From: Mytilus edulis
Taxonomy: Eukaryota
Assembly (NCBI RefSeq): GCF_963676685.1
Contig: NC_092350.1
Coordinates: 83,762,001 to 83,826,000, forward strand
DNA length: 64,000 bases
Direction: 5' to 3'
A program made the translations under genes and the position numbers. Shown here piece by piece: positions 63,606 through 64,000 of the stretch (positions are counted from its first letter, which is position 1; each line of letters opens with the position of its first letter). The notes below the pieces were generated by a model. The model was not told where the DNA came from. It saw only the letters and a list, made by a program, of their open reading frames with translations, and did no database searches.

Positions 63606-64000
63606 GTGACGGTTGCGAATGTTAAAAAAATGTGTACACGTCTCAGGTGCACCTTCTCAAAGTTTGATACAGGATAAATGGATAAATGTATTTTATTTAA
63701 GTGTCACGTATTGATGATACAGTTGTGAAATTACCCATAATTTATATGATCCCTCATCTGCTGTGGTTTTTTTTTTTTATTATTTTGCGATCGTTCTGTC
63801 TTTTGTCGTATTCCGTTTATGGCATTATAATTATGTCTGTTCATATACATGTGGCGGACTTGTGCGTTTGACGGTTTATCTTTATTTTTTATTCAGTCTA
63901 TTCAAGAGTCTTTTATAACTATTTTTATACCAAAAGCCTTCGTTTAAAAATAGAGTTTTAAATATTATTGCAGAAGATTGCTTTAATTGTCTTAATTGTG

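Noticed and set aside
62102-64000. Next (231-nt) exon of gene C
   Set aside because: No segment resembling MVGGGLLGLG...DSSLKYIF was found; it presumably lies beyond the window.

Overview
AT-rich, intron-rich animal genomic DNA. The repeat families look like those of a mytilid bivalve (Mytilus-like), which is an inference from repeat content. The ORF track is mostly noise. Reading splice sites by hand gives three paralogous genes arranged A(+) -> <- B(-) ... C(+). Gene B is complete: 20 coding exons at 49293..20971 (-), 2535 nt, 844 aa. It encodes three tetraspanin modules fused in one open frame (about 12 TM helices), joined by ~50-aa cytoplasmic linkers. Module 1 has a shrunken two-Cys large loop with no CCG, while modules 2 and 3 have six-Cys loops with CCG. 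Gene A (1..17870, 5' end outside the window) supplies modules 2-3, and gene C (54975..>62101, 3' end outside) supplies module 1 and the start of module 2. Both match gene B exon for exon in phase and nearly in length, so each module junction is seen in two paralogs. Gene A carries a coding TAT/CAT microsatellite (15-residue Tyr/His tract) in a large extracellular loop. The introns hold type I hammerhead-ribozyme retrozyme repeats (including a 2 x 353-nt dimer), a decayed Penelope-like RT/GIY-YIG element, a Helitron, Kolobok-like and Mutator-like non-autonomous elements, SINEs with target-site duplications and common dispersed repeats. All gene models are manual and have no transcript support.
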